From positions 1 through 50,913 of the IMG/VR virus record IMGVR_UViG_3300049048_000060: a DNA stretch of 50,913 bases; one strand, 5' to 3'. This document shows positions 26,435 through 35,768 of this stretch, in pieces. The position numbers were made by a program, and so were the translations under genes. The notes under the pieces were generated by a model. That model worked only from the letters and a program-made list of their open reading frames with translations. It did no database searches and was not told where the DNA came from. Position 1 is the stretch's first letter, and each line of letters opens with the position of its first letter. The DNA is from a virus (Duplodnaviria; Caudoviricetes).

Positions 26435-28698
26435 TGTTTAACCCCCTGTTTACCCAGGCTGGCGGGTACGAGATCGGCAAGTCTTTACGGCTTCGCGGAT
26501 CTGCAAGCGCGTACCTGACCAGAACCATGACCACCCCTACAGACAACAAGAAGTGGACCTGGAGCGGGTGGCGTAAAAGGGGAAGCACGTCAGACAGAGC
26601 TATGTTTGGCGCGGGTGCCGCGAACCCGAACGCGATCTACTTTGCGGCGGACGATAGTTTGTCTATCGACGGCAACTACAGCGGAACTCGGCATTTGCGG
26701 TTCTCGTCTCAAGTCTTCCGCGACTACTCGGCGTGGTACCACGTCGTCGTGGCTTTCGACTCTACGGAGGCGACGGACTCAAACCGGCTGAAGGCGTGGG
26801 TGAACGGACAGCAAGTATCGCTCAACAATGCCGGTGTCGGCACCTGGCCTGCTCTTAACTCGTCCTCTGTGATTAACAGTGCCGTCGTTCATGCGATAGG
26901 TCGACGTAACAGTGCAGCGGATATGTACTGGGATGGGCAGATCGCGGAAGACGTCTTTGTTGACGGGCAAGCTCTTACGCCGTCTAGCTTCGGTGAGACG
27001 GACATATCGACGGGGGCGTGGGTTCCAAAACGCTACACCGGCACGTACGGCACGAACGGCTTCTATCTTCCGTACGACGACGGTACCAGCCTGACGACGT
27101 TGGGCTATGACGATTCAGGAAACAACAACGACTGGACCCTGAACAATGTCAGCCTTACGGCGGGCACGACCTACGACTGGTTTGACGATACCCCGACGAA
27201 CAACTTCGCAAGACTGAACCCTCTTCGGATCTCGGCAAGTCAGCTTCTTTCACAAGGCGCGTTGTTGTCGTCACAGTCCGCTAACGCTTTTTCAGGGGCG
27301 TTGGCTACGTTTAGCTTGGACAACGGCAAATGGTACTGGGAAACGGTGCTTACGGCTAGGTCAGGAACGGTAAACGTCTACAACGGGATTGCTCAAAACA
27401 CGTTCCCGACTACGCAGTACGCGGGCGCGACCACGGATTCCTATGGGTACTCGTCATTGAACGGCCAGAAGTATTATAACGGAGCGGGAGTTGCGTACGG
27501 CGCCTCATACACGGTAAATGACGTTCTCGGTTTTGCGTACGATTCAGCCACCGGGTCGTTGGAGTGTTTCAAAAACGGAGTAAGCCAAGGTGTTTTTGTG
27601 TCGGGTCTGACAGGAACTTGGTTTCCTGTAGTAAGCTATTCCGTAGCGGCGGCCTCGTCGGCTTCCCAAGCGGTTAATTTTGGACAACGCCCGTTCACGT
27701 ACTCGCCGCCGACAGGGTATCTCGCACTATCATCGAAGAACTTGGCAGTTCCTTCCGTAAAGAGAGGTGACGACTACTTCAACGCAAAGACCCGCACCGG
27801 AACCGGGGCCTCGTTCTCTGTCACCGGAGAGCGGTTCAGCCCTGACTTGGTGTGGGTCAAAGGCCGTAGCGGCGCGACAGATCACGCAATATATGACGCG
27901 GTTCGCGGAGCGACTAAACAGATCGAGTCGAACACAACAACGGCGGAGAGCACAGAAGCCACTGGTCTTACTGCCTTCAACAGTGACGGGTTCTCAGGGG
28001 GCGCGCTTGCCCAGATCAACACCAACGCTGCGACCTACATCGATTGGATGTGGCAAGAAGCCGCAGGGTTTCTGGACATCGTTTCGTTCACGAAGACTGG
28101 CGCCGCCGCGGAGAACTTTAACCACAATTTGGGGGTTTCTCCCGCGATGATTATTCTGCGGGATTTAGCAAACGCGAGTAATACTTTCGTCTTTCACCAG
28201 TCCCTTGCGGATATGACAGATAAATACTTGCTGTTAAACTCGACGGCAATCGTAGGAAGCCTGTCTACTGACGTCAACGCCCCAACAAGCACAACCTTCT
28301 CCGCGTCGGGGAGCACCGTTGTTGCGGGCAACACGGGTATCGCCTACCTCTTCGCGGAAGTCGAGGGCTTTTCCAAGATGGGGTCGTACACCGGCAACGG
28401 CTCTGCCGACGGGCCGTTTATCTGGTGCGGTTTCCGCCCCCGGTTTATCCTAATCAAGAGGACATCCGTAGCCGTAGGGAACTGGGTCCTATTCGACACG
28501 GCCAGGAACACGATCAACGTCATCGGGGAAGAGCTGTACCCCAACTTAGCAAACGCTGGCAGCACGGCGGCTGACCTGGACGCTTTGTCAAACGGGTTCA
28601 AACTACGAGCCACGGCCGCCGCGCTGAATACGTCTGGAAGTTCGTACGTGTTCTACGCCATAGCGGAGACGCCATTCAAATACGCAAACGCGAGGTAA
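26434..28698 (+). CDS. Receptor-binding/tail fibre protein with LamG (ConA-like) and SPRY domains
   Basis: SLRL..SAYL.RT...KWTWSGW.KR and RD.SAWYHVV (LamG), GKWYWE...G.AYD...KNG (SPRY), PDLVWVK.R and GSYTGNG...GFRP. The likely start is the ATG at 26434, which overlaps the previous stop (TAATG). Confidence 0.8.
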   Translation: MFNPLFTQAGGYEIGKSLRLRGSASAYLTRTMTTPTDNKKWTWSGWRKRGSTSDRAMFGAGAANPNAIYFAADDSLSIDGNYSGTRHLRFSSQVFRDYSAWYHVVVAFDSTEATDSNRLKAWVNGQQVSLNNAGVGTWPALNSSSVINSAVVHAIGRRNSAADMYWDGQIAEDVFVDGQALTPSSFGETDISTGAWVPKRYTGTYGTNGFYLPYDDGTSLTTLGYDDSGNNNDWTLNNVSLTAGTTYDWFDDTPTNNFARLNPLRISASQLLSQGALLSSQSANAFSGALATFSLDNGKWYWETVLTARSGTVNVYNGIAQNTFPTTQYAGATTDSYGYSSLNGQKYYNGAGVAYGASYTVNDVLGFAYDSATGSLECFKNGVSQGVFVSGLTGTWFPVVSYSVAAASSASQAVNFGQRPFTYSPPTGYLALSSKNLAVPSVKRGDDYFNAKTRTGTGASFSVTGERFSPDLVWVKGRSGATDHAIYDAVRGATKQIESNTTTAESTEATGLTAFNSDGFSGGALAQINTNAATYIDWMWQEAAGFLDIVSFTKTGAAAENFNHNLGVSPAMIILRDLANASNTFVFHQSLADMTDKYLLLNSTAIVGSLSTDVNAPTSTTFSASGSTVVAGNTGIAYLFAEVEGFSKMGSYTGNGSADGPFIWCGFRPRFILIKRTSVAVGNWVLFDTARNTINVIGEELYPNLANAGSTAADLDALSNGFKLRATAAALNTSGSSYVFYAIAETPFKYANAR

Positions 28699-28702
28699 CA
28701 AA

Positions 28703-29281
28703 ATGATCTACATCAAGGACGGTAAACGAATCAACATCTACGCAGGCGTAGTCACCGAAGAGGGAGTCAAGCACCCGGCTGGCTGGCTCACGAACCCCGA
28801 TAACCGGGTCGCTTTCGGTGTGTCGGAAGTCGCGGAACCGGTAGCCCCGGACCACGCCGAGTTCTACTATCGGCAGGAAACTGACGTCGCCCCGTACGTG
28901 GACTATATCGAGCGCCCGATCGAGGAGCTGCGCCTACAATTCCGCCGCAAGGTCAACGACCAACGATTCGAGTTGGAGCGCAACGGCTTCACTTACCAGG
29001 GGCGCAAGTTCGATTCTGACCAAGCGTCCTTCAACCGACTACAGGTCGCGCTGTCGATGGCAATGATCGCGAACACGGCGAACGTACCCTACGCGGTCGA
29101 TTGGACTACGGCCGACAACTCGGTCGTGACCCTGGACGCGAATCAGGTACTGGAGATGGCCAAGGCCCTCGCCGCCTACGGAACCAGTCTTCACGAGCGT
29201 GCTCGCCTGCTAAAAAAGAAGATCGAGACTTGCAAGTCGCTGGCCGAATTAGTGGCGCTGGATCTTGACTTGAATCAATAA
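28703..29281 (+). CDS. Tail fibre-associated protein (DUF4376-like)
   Basis: GF.Y.G..FDSD..S....W.TADN...L motif. Confidence 0.7.
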   Translation: MIYIKDGKRINIYAGVVTEEGVKHPAGWLTNPDNRVAFGVSEVAEPVAPDHAEFYYRQETDVAPYVDYIERPIEELRLQFRRKVNDQRFELERNGFTYQGRKFDSDQASFNRLQVALSMAMIANTANVPYAVDWTTADNSVVTLDANQVLEMAKALAAYGTSLHERARLLKKKIETCKSLAELVALDLDLNQ

Positions 29282-29322
29282 ACATAGTAGTATCCCCGGA
29301 AAGTAAGAAGAAAGGACGCACC

Positions 29323-29592
29323 ATGGACGAGTTCCAACTGATATACGACATCCTGATCGGGCTGGCTGCCGGTCTAGGCGGTTGGATTCTTCGCGGAGTG
29401 GACAAGGATATTCGCGATTTGCGAACCCAGGATAGCGTTCTTCTTACCCAAGTCAATGCTCTCAACGTACTCGTCGCTGGCGGGTATGTCAAACGTGACG
29501 AGATGGAACGAGCCGTCGACAAGCTCGGCGCCCAGCTCAACTCCAAGCTCGATCTGATTTTCGATAGGCTAGAAACCAAAGCCGACAAATAA
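29323..29592 (+). CDS. Holin-like membrane protein
   Basis: N-terminal TM helix (ILIGLAAGLGGWIL), coiled coil with YVKRDE and a KADK end. First gene of the lysis region. Confidence 0.5.
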   Translation: MDEFQLIYDILIGLAAGLGGWILRGVDKDIRDLRTQDSVLLTQVNALNVLVAGGYVKRDEMERAVDKLGAQLNSKLDLIFDRLETKADK

Positions 29593-29606
29593 CCCAAGAG
29601 GATATC

Positions 29607-30782
29607 ATGGCAAAATCCGCGCCGTATGACTACGGCAAGCTGGTGCAATTCGCTACTGTTCGTCAACTGGAATACATCGAAGCAATCGAAAAAGAAGGCA
29701 GCCACCGAAAGGCTGCCAAACTTTTGAAAGTGAACGCTTCCGTTATCGACTCCTCGATACGGGCTCTGCGTATAAAAGCGGCGCTCCACAGCGTCGACCC
29801 TGGTAACGGGCTCGCGAAGCTGGTAGACGAGCCCTTTACCGTCAAGGGTACCTCTACCCTGGTCGACGGTAACGGCGAGACCAAGCTCACCTGGATCAAG
29901 ACAGACCGCGACGCCGAGAAGATGCTCGAGCTGATGCGCGCCACGGCAGACGGGATGAAGGACGAACTCCCTCGGGAACCCGTCGTCGAGCCGCCACCTT
30001 CCGGCAACCGGAACCTGTGTAACACCTACGTGATTACCGACTACCACCTCGGGATGCTTTCCTGGTCCGAGGAGACGGGCGCCGACTGGGATATCCAGAT
30101 CGCGGAGAATCTTCTTGTCAAGTGGTTCGAGATGGCTATCGCGCAATCCCCGAACGCCGAGCAGGCTGTCTTCGCGCAGCTCTCAGACTTCCTTCACTTC
30201 GACGGCATGGACGCGGTAACCCCGGCCAGTAAACACCTGCTGGACGTCGACACGAGATTCCCAAAGCTGGTTCGCGTAGCGATCCGCGTGCTTCGTCGAG
30301 TCATCAAAATGCTTCTGCAGAAGCACGCCCGCGTCCACGTGATTATGGCTGACGCGAACCATGATCCGGTGTCAGAGATCTGGATGCGGGAATGGTTCGC
30401 AGTGCTCTACGAGGACGAACCACGGCTAACTATCGACACCTCCCCGAACCCGTACAACGTCTACGAGTTCGGGAACGTGATGTTGGGATTCCACCATGGT
30501 CACAAGCGCAACGTGTCGAACGTGTCTGAGGTATTCGTTGCACAGTTCCGCGAGATCTACGGCCGCACAAAGCACTGCTACATACACACCGGCCACATGC
30601 ACCACCGGATCGTCAAGGAGAATCCGATGATGATCGTAGAGCAGCACCGAACGCTCGCGCCGGCAGACGCTTACGCGGCACGAGGTGGCTGGCTGTCCGG
30701 CCGCGACGCGCAGGTCATTACCTACAGCTCTAGTCACGGAGAGGTAGGCCGAATCACAATCAACTCGGACATGGTGAAATGA
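29607..30782 (+). CDS. Calcineurin-like metallophosphoesterase with N-terminal HTH
   Basis: Metal-binding motifs TDYH, SDFLH, ANHD, HHGH and GHMH. EGSHRKAAKLLKVNASVI is an HTH. Confidence 0.8.
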   Translation: MAKSAPYDYGKLVQFATVRQLEYIEAIEKEGSHRKAAKLLKVNASVIDSSIRALRIKAALHSVDPGNGLAKLVDEPFTVKGTSTLVDGNGETKLTWIKTDRDAEKMLELMRATADGMKDELPREPVVEPPPSGNRNLCNTYVITDYHLGMLSWSEETGADWDIQIAENLLVKWFEMAIAQSPNAEQAVFAQLSDFLHFDGMDAVTPASKHLLDVDTRFPKLVRVAIRVLRRVIKMLLQKHARVHVIMADANHDPVSEIWMREWFAVLYEDEPRLTIDTSPNPYNVYEFGNVMLGFHHGHKRNVSNVSEVFVAQFREIYGRTKHCYIHTGHMHHRIVKENPMMIVEQHRTLAPADAYAARGGWLSGRDAQVITYSSSHGEVGRITINSDMVK

Positions 30783-30937
30783 AACAGGAAGTGGTAAAAT
30801 GCAATATCTGTCGGGGGCCTTTCGCTCCCTGGGATCTTAACGAGCACGGCGAATGTATCGCGTGCGAGGAAGAACCACCTAAACTAGGATGGGAAAATGA
30901 ATCCGATACAACCAAAGTGGTACCTGGTAGCGCGTAA
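30779..30937 (+). CDS. Small CxxC-CxxC zinc-finger protein (not in ORF track)
   Basis: ATGA overlap with the upstream stop. MKQEVVKCNICRGPF...GECIACEEE, 52 aa. Confidence 0.5.
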   Translation: MKQEVVKCNICRGPFAPWDLNEHGECIACEEEPPKLGWENESDTTKVVPGSA

Positions 30938-31388
30938 GTATCTCGGCGTCGCCGAGATCGTAGGCCCGAAGCATAGCTCCGTCATCCAGAAATGGTTGAC
31001 AGATCTCAAGGCGTGGTGGAAGGACGACGAGACTCCGTGGTGTGGCGTAGCTCTCGCGGCCTGGATGCAAGAAGCCGGGTTCGCATACCCGAAGGCTTAC
31101 TACCGTGCCAAGGCATGGGCTGACTGGGGCGCGCCATGCGATCCGTGTTTCGGTGCCATTGCCGTCTACGGCCGTCAAGGTGGCGGCCACGTCGGGATCA
31201 TAGTTGGCATCAACAAAGCCGGCAACTACATGATCCTCGGCGGTAACCAGAGCAACAAGGTATCGATCGTTCCTATCAGCAACTCCCGTCTTATCGCGAT
31301 CCGCTGGCCAGCGGAAGACGAGCCGGTGACCATGGGCACGCTTCCTGTTTACGAATCGGCGTTCGAACTCTCTACCAACGAGGCATAG
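30897..31388 (+). CDS. Endolysin, NlpC/P60-CHAP-like (TIGR02594 family)
   Basis: DDETPWC, GGGHVG and LGGNQSNKV motifs. Confidence 0.85.
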   Translation: MNPIQPKWYLVARKYLGVAEIVGPKHSSVIQKWLTDLKAWWKDDETPWCGVALAAWMQEAGFAYPKAYYRAKAWADWGAPCDPCFGAIAVYGRQGGGHVGIIVGINKAGNYMILGGNQSNKVSIVPISNSRLIAIRWPAEDEPVTMGTLPVYESAFELSTNEA

Positions 31389-31389
31389 C

Positions 31390-32028
31390 ATGGCACGTAT
31401 TATCGGCGTCAACGGAATCCACAACTGGTCATGGAGTAACAACTCCTTCACGGACAAGTTCCTCGCGATCCTGAACCAGGAACACCAGGTCGTGGACGTG
31501 CGGTATCCGAAGATGCTTGCCGTGCTCGGCTACGTGCCTGGCGCGATCTCTCGCCGCGCGAAACAGATTGCCGAGGCGAACATATCACCGGATGATATAG
31601 TCGTCGCTCACAGCTTCGGGTGCCTTGCAACGATCGTCGCCATGCGCGAGTACGGTGCCAAGTTCGACAAGGTGATCTTCTTCGCGGCAGCAGCCGAAGC
31701 GGATATCGAGATCCCGCAGAACTTCAACATCCTTTACAACATCCATTCTGACGGAGACTTCGCCCTTACCCTGGGTAAGCTCCTGCCGTTCCACAAGTTC
31801 GGCGCTCTTGGCCAAGACGGCCACCTCGGAACCAACCCGAAGGTCGTCAACGTCTTTGCTCCTGGGTACAACCACAACGATTACGTGGACCCAAAGAACA
31901 TCTGCAACTGGGTAGACGTCATCCGTAAGATAATCGATGGCAGATTCTGGAAGGCAGATGTCCCGCTAAACCGTAAGGACGGCCCACGCTACGACGCTGG
32001 CGTGAATAACCGTTTTGGTCAAGGGTAA
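31390..32028 (+). CDS. Alpha/beta hydrolase (esterase/lipase-like)
   Basis: Oxyanion segment VNGI, nucleophile elbow AHSFG, acid SDGD and His in HNDY. Confidence 0.75.
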   Translation: MARIIGVNGIHNWSWSNNSFTDKFLAILNQEHQVVDVRYPKMLAVLGYVPGAISRRAKQIAEANISPDDIVVAHSFGCLATIVAMREYGAKFDKVIFFAAAAEADIEIPQNFNILYNIHSDGDFALTLGKLLPFHKFGALGQDGHLGTNPKVVNVFAPGYNHNDYVDPKNICNWVDVIRKIIDGRFWKADVPLNRKDGPRYDAGVNNRFGQG

Positions 32029-32069
32029 GATATACCTCGATCTCTTTTAATGCGTCTAAGGAGGTCTCA

Positions 32070-32360
32070 ATGAAACACTTTTTAGCGGCAGTCCTGTTTC
32101 TCTTTTCACTTAACGCTTTTGCCACTGACGCCTGCCTGGATATCGAAGACGGCATCCTGATCCTGACAGACAAGCAATGCGCCACGCCTATGTGGGGCGC
32201 TAACTGGCACAAAGCAATCGCCACCCACTACGGCGAACAGTTCGAAGGATGCTGGGGCGGGGAAGTTACTGGCGGCACGGCAAGTGTGATCGTCGCGTTC
32301 CCGGAATACCCGAACATCCTATACCCGTTCAACCCCGCGATCTTCAAGCAGTGCAAATAA
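32070..32360 (+). CDS. Exported protein with Sec signal peptide
   Basis: MKHFLAAVLFLFSLNAFA signal (AFA cleavage site) and 4 Cys. SD AAGGAGG. Confidence 0.7.
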   Translation: MKHFLAAVLFLFSLNAFATDACLDIEDGILILTDKQCATPMWGANWHKAIATHYGEQFEGCWGGEVTGGTASVIVAFPEYPNILYPFNPAIFKQCK

Positions 32361-32387
32361 GAAACCCCCGAAAGGGGGTTTCTTTTT
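32359..32387. terminator. Terminator between convergent arms (possibly bidirectional)
   Basis: AAGAAACCCCC-GAAA-GGGGGTTTCTT followed by TTT, at the strand switch. Confidence 0.85.
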
Positions 32388-32595
32388 ACTCCTCACGATC
32401 CACGATTCTGCACGGTCCTACGAAAGCGTGTGTCGCGTTGCCTGTCGGATCTGGCACCTCGGTCTGACAAAAGAACGGCGTCTTGACTGGTGACGGTTTG
32501 AGCCAGATGACCCCAAGCATTAGGCCGCCAAGGGATAGTACCCCGACGGCGAAGCCCAGGATGAAGCAGTTCAACTTGATGTGCTGTAGGTTCAT
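32386..32595 (-). CDS. Small membrane protein
   Basis: One TM helix followed by a short domain with two Cys. ATGA overlap. Confidence 0.6.
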   Translation of the reverse strand: MNLQHIKLNCFILGFAVGVLSLGGLMLGVIWLKPSPVKTPFFCQTEVPDPTGNATHAFVGPCRIVDREE

Positions 32596-32792
32596 TCTTT
32601 TCTCCTCAAGATCTCATACACGTACGAATCCCGAACCCGGAACAGGTGTGCGATCTTCTTTGCTGTCCACCCTTGGGCCTTCAGCTCTCTCGCAGCGTGC
32701 TCGAAGTTGGGACGAGAAAAGACCTGCTTCTTGGCGCAGGTCTGTTTACCGAACACCGGTACATCTATGGAAGTTTGTAGGCGTCCCTGCAT
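32592..32792 (-). CDS. Small HTH protein
   Basis: LKAQGWTAKKIAHLFRVRDSYVYEIL resembles an HTH. Confidence 0.55.
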   Translation of the reverse strand: MQGRLQTSIDVPVFGKQTCAKKQVFSRPNFEHAARELKAQGWTAKKIAHLFRVRDSYVYEILRRKE

Positions 32793-32980
32793 TTCGCGCA
32801 GACTCCGTTCACTAGGCGGGGCTTATGCTCCCCGCACATGGTACATTCCCCTGGCTCGCCAGCCGGGATACGCTGCGCCTCGAGCCGCGCATAGTGAACA
32901 GCGCGGTCTCGGTGCATCGCTTCCAGCTCGCTTGCAATGTCGTGCTCGTCGACGAGCTTGTTTTCGTTACTGTCTTTCAT
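32765..32980 (-). CDS. TraR/DksA-family C4 zinc-finger protein
   Basis: DEHDIAS (DxxDxA tip), CTMC and CAKC. Confidence 0.75.
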   Translation of the reverse strand: MKDSNENKLVDEHDIASELEAMHRDRAVHYARLEAQRIPAGEPGECTMCGEHKPRLVNGVCAKCRDAYKLP

Positions 32981-33498
32981 TCATCTAGTCCCAGGTAATC
33001 TCGGTACGAGATCTTCGTTTTAGGTTGTGGCAGGAAACCCCACCGCTGCTGGTACTTGCCGGTGATGAATACCGTCCAGGCGGGTTGCCCTTCCAGGATC
33101 ACGAGGCGGTGCCACGACTTGGCGGGACGGAAGAGGATAGATCCAGGGCCGTGCCACTTGGTCTCGTCGCCTAAGTACAAGCCCGACTTGTCGTACATCG
33201 GGCGAACCTCATAGTACCCACCTTTGAGGATGATTGTCAAGTACGGCCACGGATGGTCGTGGAACGCACGTGCGTCATCGGATCGCAGGATGCAGTGTAC
33301 TCGGGCGGCGACGTCCAGTTTCTGGCACAGCCAGACGAAAGGGTTACGATACCACATGGCCTTGTAACACCCCGTGCTGCTCGCGCTTCCCGCTTCGGGG
33401 AACGGGACCAGCCAGTAGCGAAGCATGTAGTCAGTCAAGTGGTCGTAAGGTGTCTTCTTCGCCTTGGCGATAATCCAGTCTGCTATTCTGGTTTGCAT
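32977..33498 (-). CDS. Cupin-like phage protein
   Basis: H.ILRSDD...HDHPW....ILKGGY.E...HRL motif. Confidence 0.65.
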   Translation of the reverse strand: MQTRIADWIIAKAKKTPYDHLTDYMLRYWLVPFPEAGSASSTGCYKAMWYRNPFVWLCQKLDVAARVHCILRSDDARAFHDHPWPYLTIILKGGYYEVRPMYDKSGLYLGDETKWHGPGSILFRPAKSWHRLVILEGQPAWTVFITGKYQQRWGFLPQPKTKISYRDYLGLDE

Positions 33499-34229
33499 GG
33501 TCGATCGTCCCCTTCAGGATAGTGTTCCAGGAAGTGCAGCAGCATGATGATGTTGCACGCGATGTGGCCGTAGTGGGACTCGCCGGACTCGGGGTCGTTC
33601 TCCTCGCCTTCCAGGATCGCGAGCGCGTGACGGCCGATGCAGGCGATAGGGATGTTCCAGGCCATGCCCTTCATCCAGTTGTAGCGGGCGTACTTCTTCT
33701 CGCCGTAGGTGAACACGCGGGCCGCGGAGCGAAGCGCGTCCGGGATGTTCTTTAACGCCTCAAGCAACAAGACCTTGTCCGAAGGCGCCATGTGGTTTAT
33801 CTTGTTGTGCTGAAACGAAGTCATAAGGTCGAGCACTCTGGCCAAGTTTGACGGAGTTACGCCGTCTTGCGCGTCGACAATCAGAGACAAGGGGAACTGA
33901 CTGAAGTCAGGCTTGCCGGCGTTGTAGCGCGCGCCAGCCCCCCTGGCGTTGCTGTTCACGTCGCCCACTGTTTCAGAAAATCGGCCAAGCATCCTGTCTT
34001 TGCTTTCCGTCCTTATCAGGTATTCCGCCATCTGTTCCGGGGACACTGATATCGTCTCGCGATCAGGATTATGATGGCGGTAGTATTCTACTAGGCCCCA
34101 GTCCACCTCTCTCGCAACCCTACCGGAATATATCGCCCCAGAGTGGTACACAACATCCACAGCGTACAGCGGCGGAAACGGACACCCTGGTGCGGTCTTG
34201 CGAACATACCCCAATTCTTCGAATGTCAT
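33483..34229 (-). CDS. dATP/dGTP diphosphohydrolase domain protein (DUF5664-like) with N-terminal extension
   Basis: G.RYNAGKP, V.TYG.KKY..NW.KG, RH and GE..DPESG..H..H..CN motifs. Confidence 0.75.
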   Translation of the reverse strand: MTFEELGYVRKTAPGCPFPPLYAVDVVYHSGAIYSGRVAREVDWGLVEYYRHHNPDRETISVSPEQMAEYLIRTESKDRMLGRFSETVGDVNSNARGAGARYNAGKPDFSQFPLSLIVDAQDGVTPSNLARVLDLMTSFQHNKINHMAPSDKVLLLEALKNIPDALRSAARVFTYGEKKYARYNWMKGMAWNIPIACIGRHALAILEGEENDPESGESHYGHIACNIIMLLHFLEHYPEGDDRPCKPE

Positions 34230-35593
34230 TCTGCTTCTCTCCTTTTCATGGCTTCAAGTAACAGCTCCTGCACGGAGCGTTTGGATTCGTTGCGCGCCAT
34301 CACGAGTTCGTCTACCGTGTCGCGCGCGATGATGTTGTAGATAAAAACCGGCCTGTCGTACCCGGCCTGCTTTTGCCGCACCGGGCCGATGCGCTCAATG
34401 ACCTGCAGCCGCTCTTCGAGATTCCACCAGTGTCCAAAGAAGACAAGTATATTACCCCCGTCCTGCAGATTGAGTCCATGACCAGCACTAGCGGGGTGTA
34501 GAAACATGAGCGGTATCTTGCCTTCGTTCCATCTATCAATCGTTTCCGGGTTTCCGTCAAGCGCCACGCCTTTCGGAAAGGCCTTGACCAGACGGGCAAG
34601 ATCACTCTTGAAATGGTACGCGACAAGGATAGGCGCGCCTGCCGCTTCCTCGATAATACTTTCCAACGCTTCGAGTTTTTCGTTGTGTACGATCTCGTAA
34701 GATTCATTTTTCTCTCCAACATAAGCGGCGCCATTGGCCAGTTGCAAGCACTTGATCGTACGGCTCGCGGCATTGAAGGCCTCGATCTCGTGCTCGTTGA
34801 TCTGCATGAACATCTCCTTCTCCATGTCCTTGTAGAGGACACGGGCTCGGGGCGGAAGGTCCACCATGATGTTGCGGACAATCGGATCATCCAGGTCGAA
34901 CCAGTCCTTGGCATCGATCGTGATCGTGTTCTCTCGCATGGCTTCTTCGATCTGCTTTTGCGCGAAGTCCGTAGGCTCGCTTCCGTAGCCGTCATGCGCC
35001 TGCCTGAACCACCGCTGGGTGAAGGCAGTGAACGTGCGACCGAGTGCGGCGCCAGCGTCGACGAACCAGTTCTGCCCCCAGAGGTCGACGAGCCCGTTCG
35101 GCGAAGGCGTACCCGTGAGGTTGACAAACCTCTTGATCTTGGTGTGCGCCACCTTCGCAAGAGCCTGTGCTCGCTTGCCGCCCTGACGTAATCGGAATGA
35201 CTTCAGCCTGGTGGACTCGTCCGCGATCACGATCCGGAAAGGCCAGGACTCGCCGAAGAACTCAAGCAGCCATGGCAGGTTGTCATAGTTACAGGTGTAG
35301 ATATCCGCAGGCACCATTGCTGCGCGCCGTCTTTCAGCCACGTCTCCGATGATGACGCTCACCCGAAGGTAGTTGAGGTGAGGCCACTTGCGTACCTCTC
35401 CCGGCCACGTGGACCGCGCAACGCGCTTCGGGGCAAGCACGAGTACCGGCCCCTCTTCTCCCGCGAGGAATAGGCGATGAATAGCTTCAAGGGAAGACAC
35501 CGTCTTCCCCATCCCCATCGAAGCCCACACGTTGCAGCGCGCGTGGCTGACAATGAAATTAACAATCAGTCGTTGGTACGGTCTTAGCTGCAC
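34226..35593 (-). CDS. SNF2-family helicase
   Basis: LRPYQ, MGMGKT, DEST, LTGTP and HGLNLQ motifs. Likely GTG start at 35593. Confidence 0.9.
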   Translation of the reverse strand: MQLRPYQRLIVNFIVSHARCNVWASMGMGKTVSSLEAIHRLFLAGEEGPVLVLAPKRVARSTWPGEVRKWPHLNYLRVSVIIGDVAERRRAAMVPADIYTCNYDNLPWLLEFFGESWPFRIVIADESTRLKSFRLRQGGKRAQALAKVAHTKIKRFVNLTGTPSPNGLVDLWGQNWFVDAGAALGRTFTAFTQRWFRQAHDGYGSEPTDFAQKQIEEAMRENTITIDAKDWFDLDDPIVRNIMVDLPPRARVLYKDMEKEMFMQINEHEIEAFNAASRTIKCLQLANGAAYVGEKNESYEIVHNEKLEALESIIEEAAGAPILVAYHFKSDLARLVKAFPKGVALDGNPETIDRWNEGKIPLMFLHPASAGHGLNLQDGGNILVFFGHWWNLEERLQVIERIGPVRQKQAGYDRPVFIYNIIARDTVDELVMARNESKRSVQELLLEAMKRREAE

Positions 35594-35768
35594 GTTTTCT
35601 CTCTCGGTATTCTTTTGACCGGGCTTTGAGGCACTCGCCACAATACCCGAACTTGTAACCCTTGCTGCTCGTTTTCCGTTCACGGCCGCACCCTGACGGG
35701 CACATCCCGCTCGGTTCAGGGGCAGGCTGCGACAGGATCTGGTCGACGAGTTGCGATAGTTTCATCAT
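35559..35768 (-). CDS. Small Cys-rich (zinc-binding) protein
   Basis: CPSGC...CGEC, with an ATGA overlap with VRR-NUC. Confidence 0.55.
   Translation of the reverse strand: MMKLSQLVDQILSQPAPEPSGMCPSGCGRERKTSSKGYKFGYCGECLKARSKEYRERKRAAKTVPTTDC

Noticed and set aside
25214-29281. Diversity-generating retroelement, as in BPP-1-like phages
   Set aside because: No reverse transcriptase ORF, and I saw no template/variable repeat pair differing at adenines.
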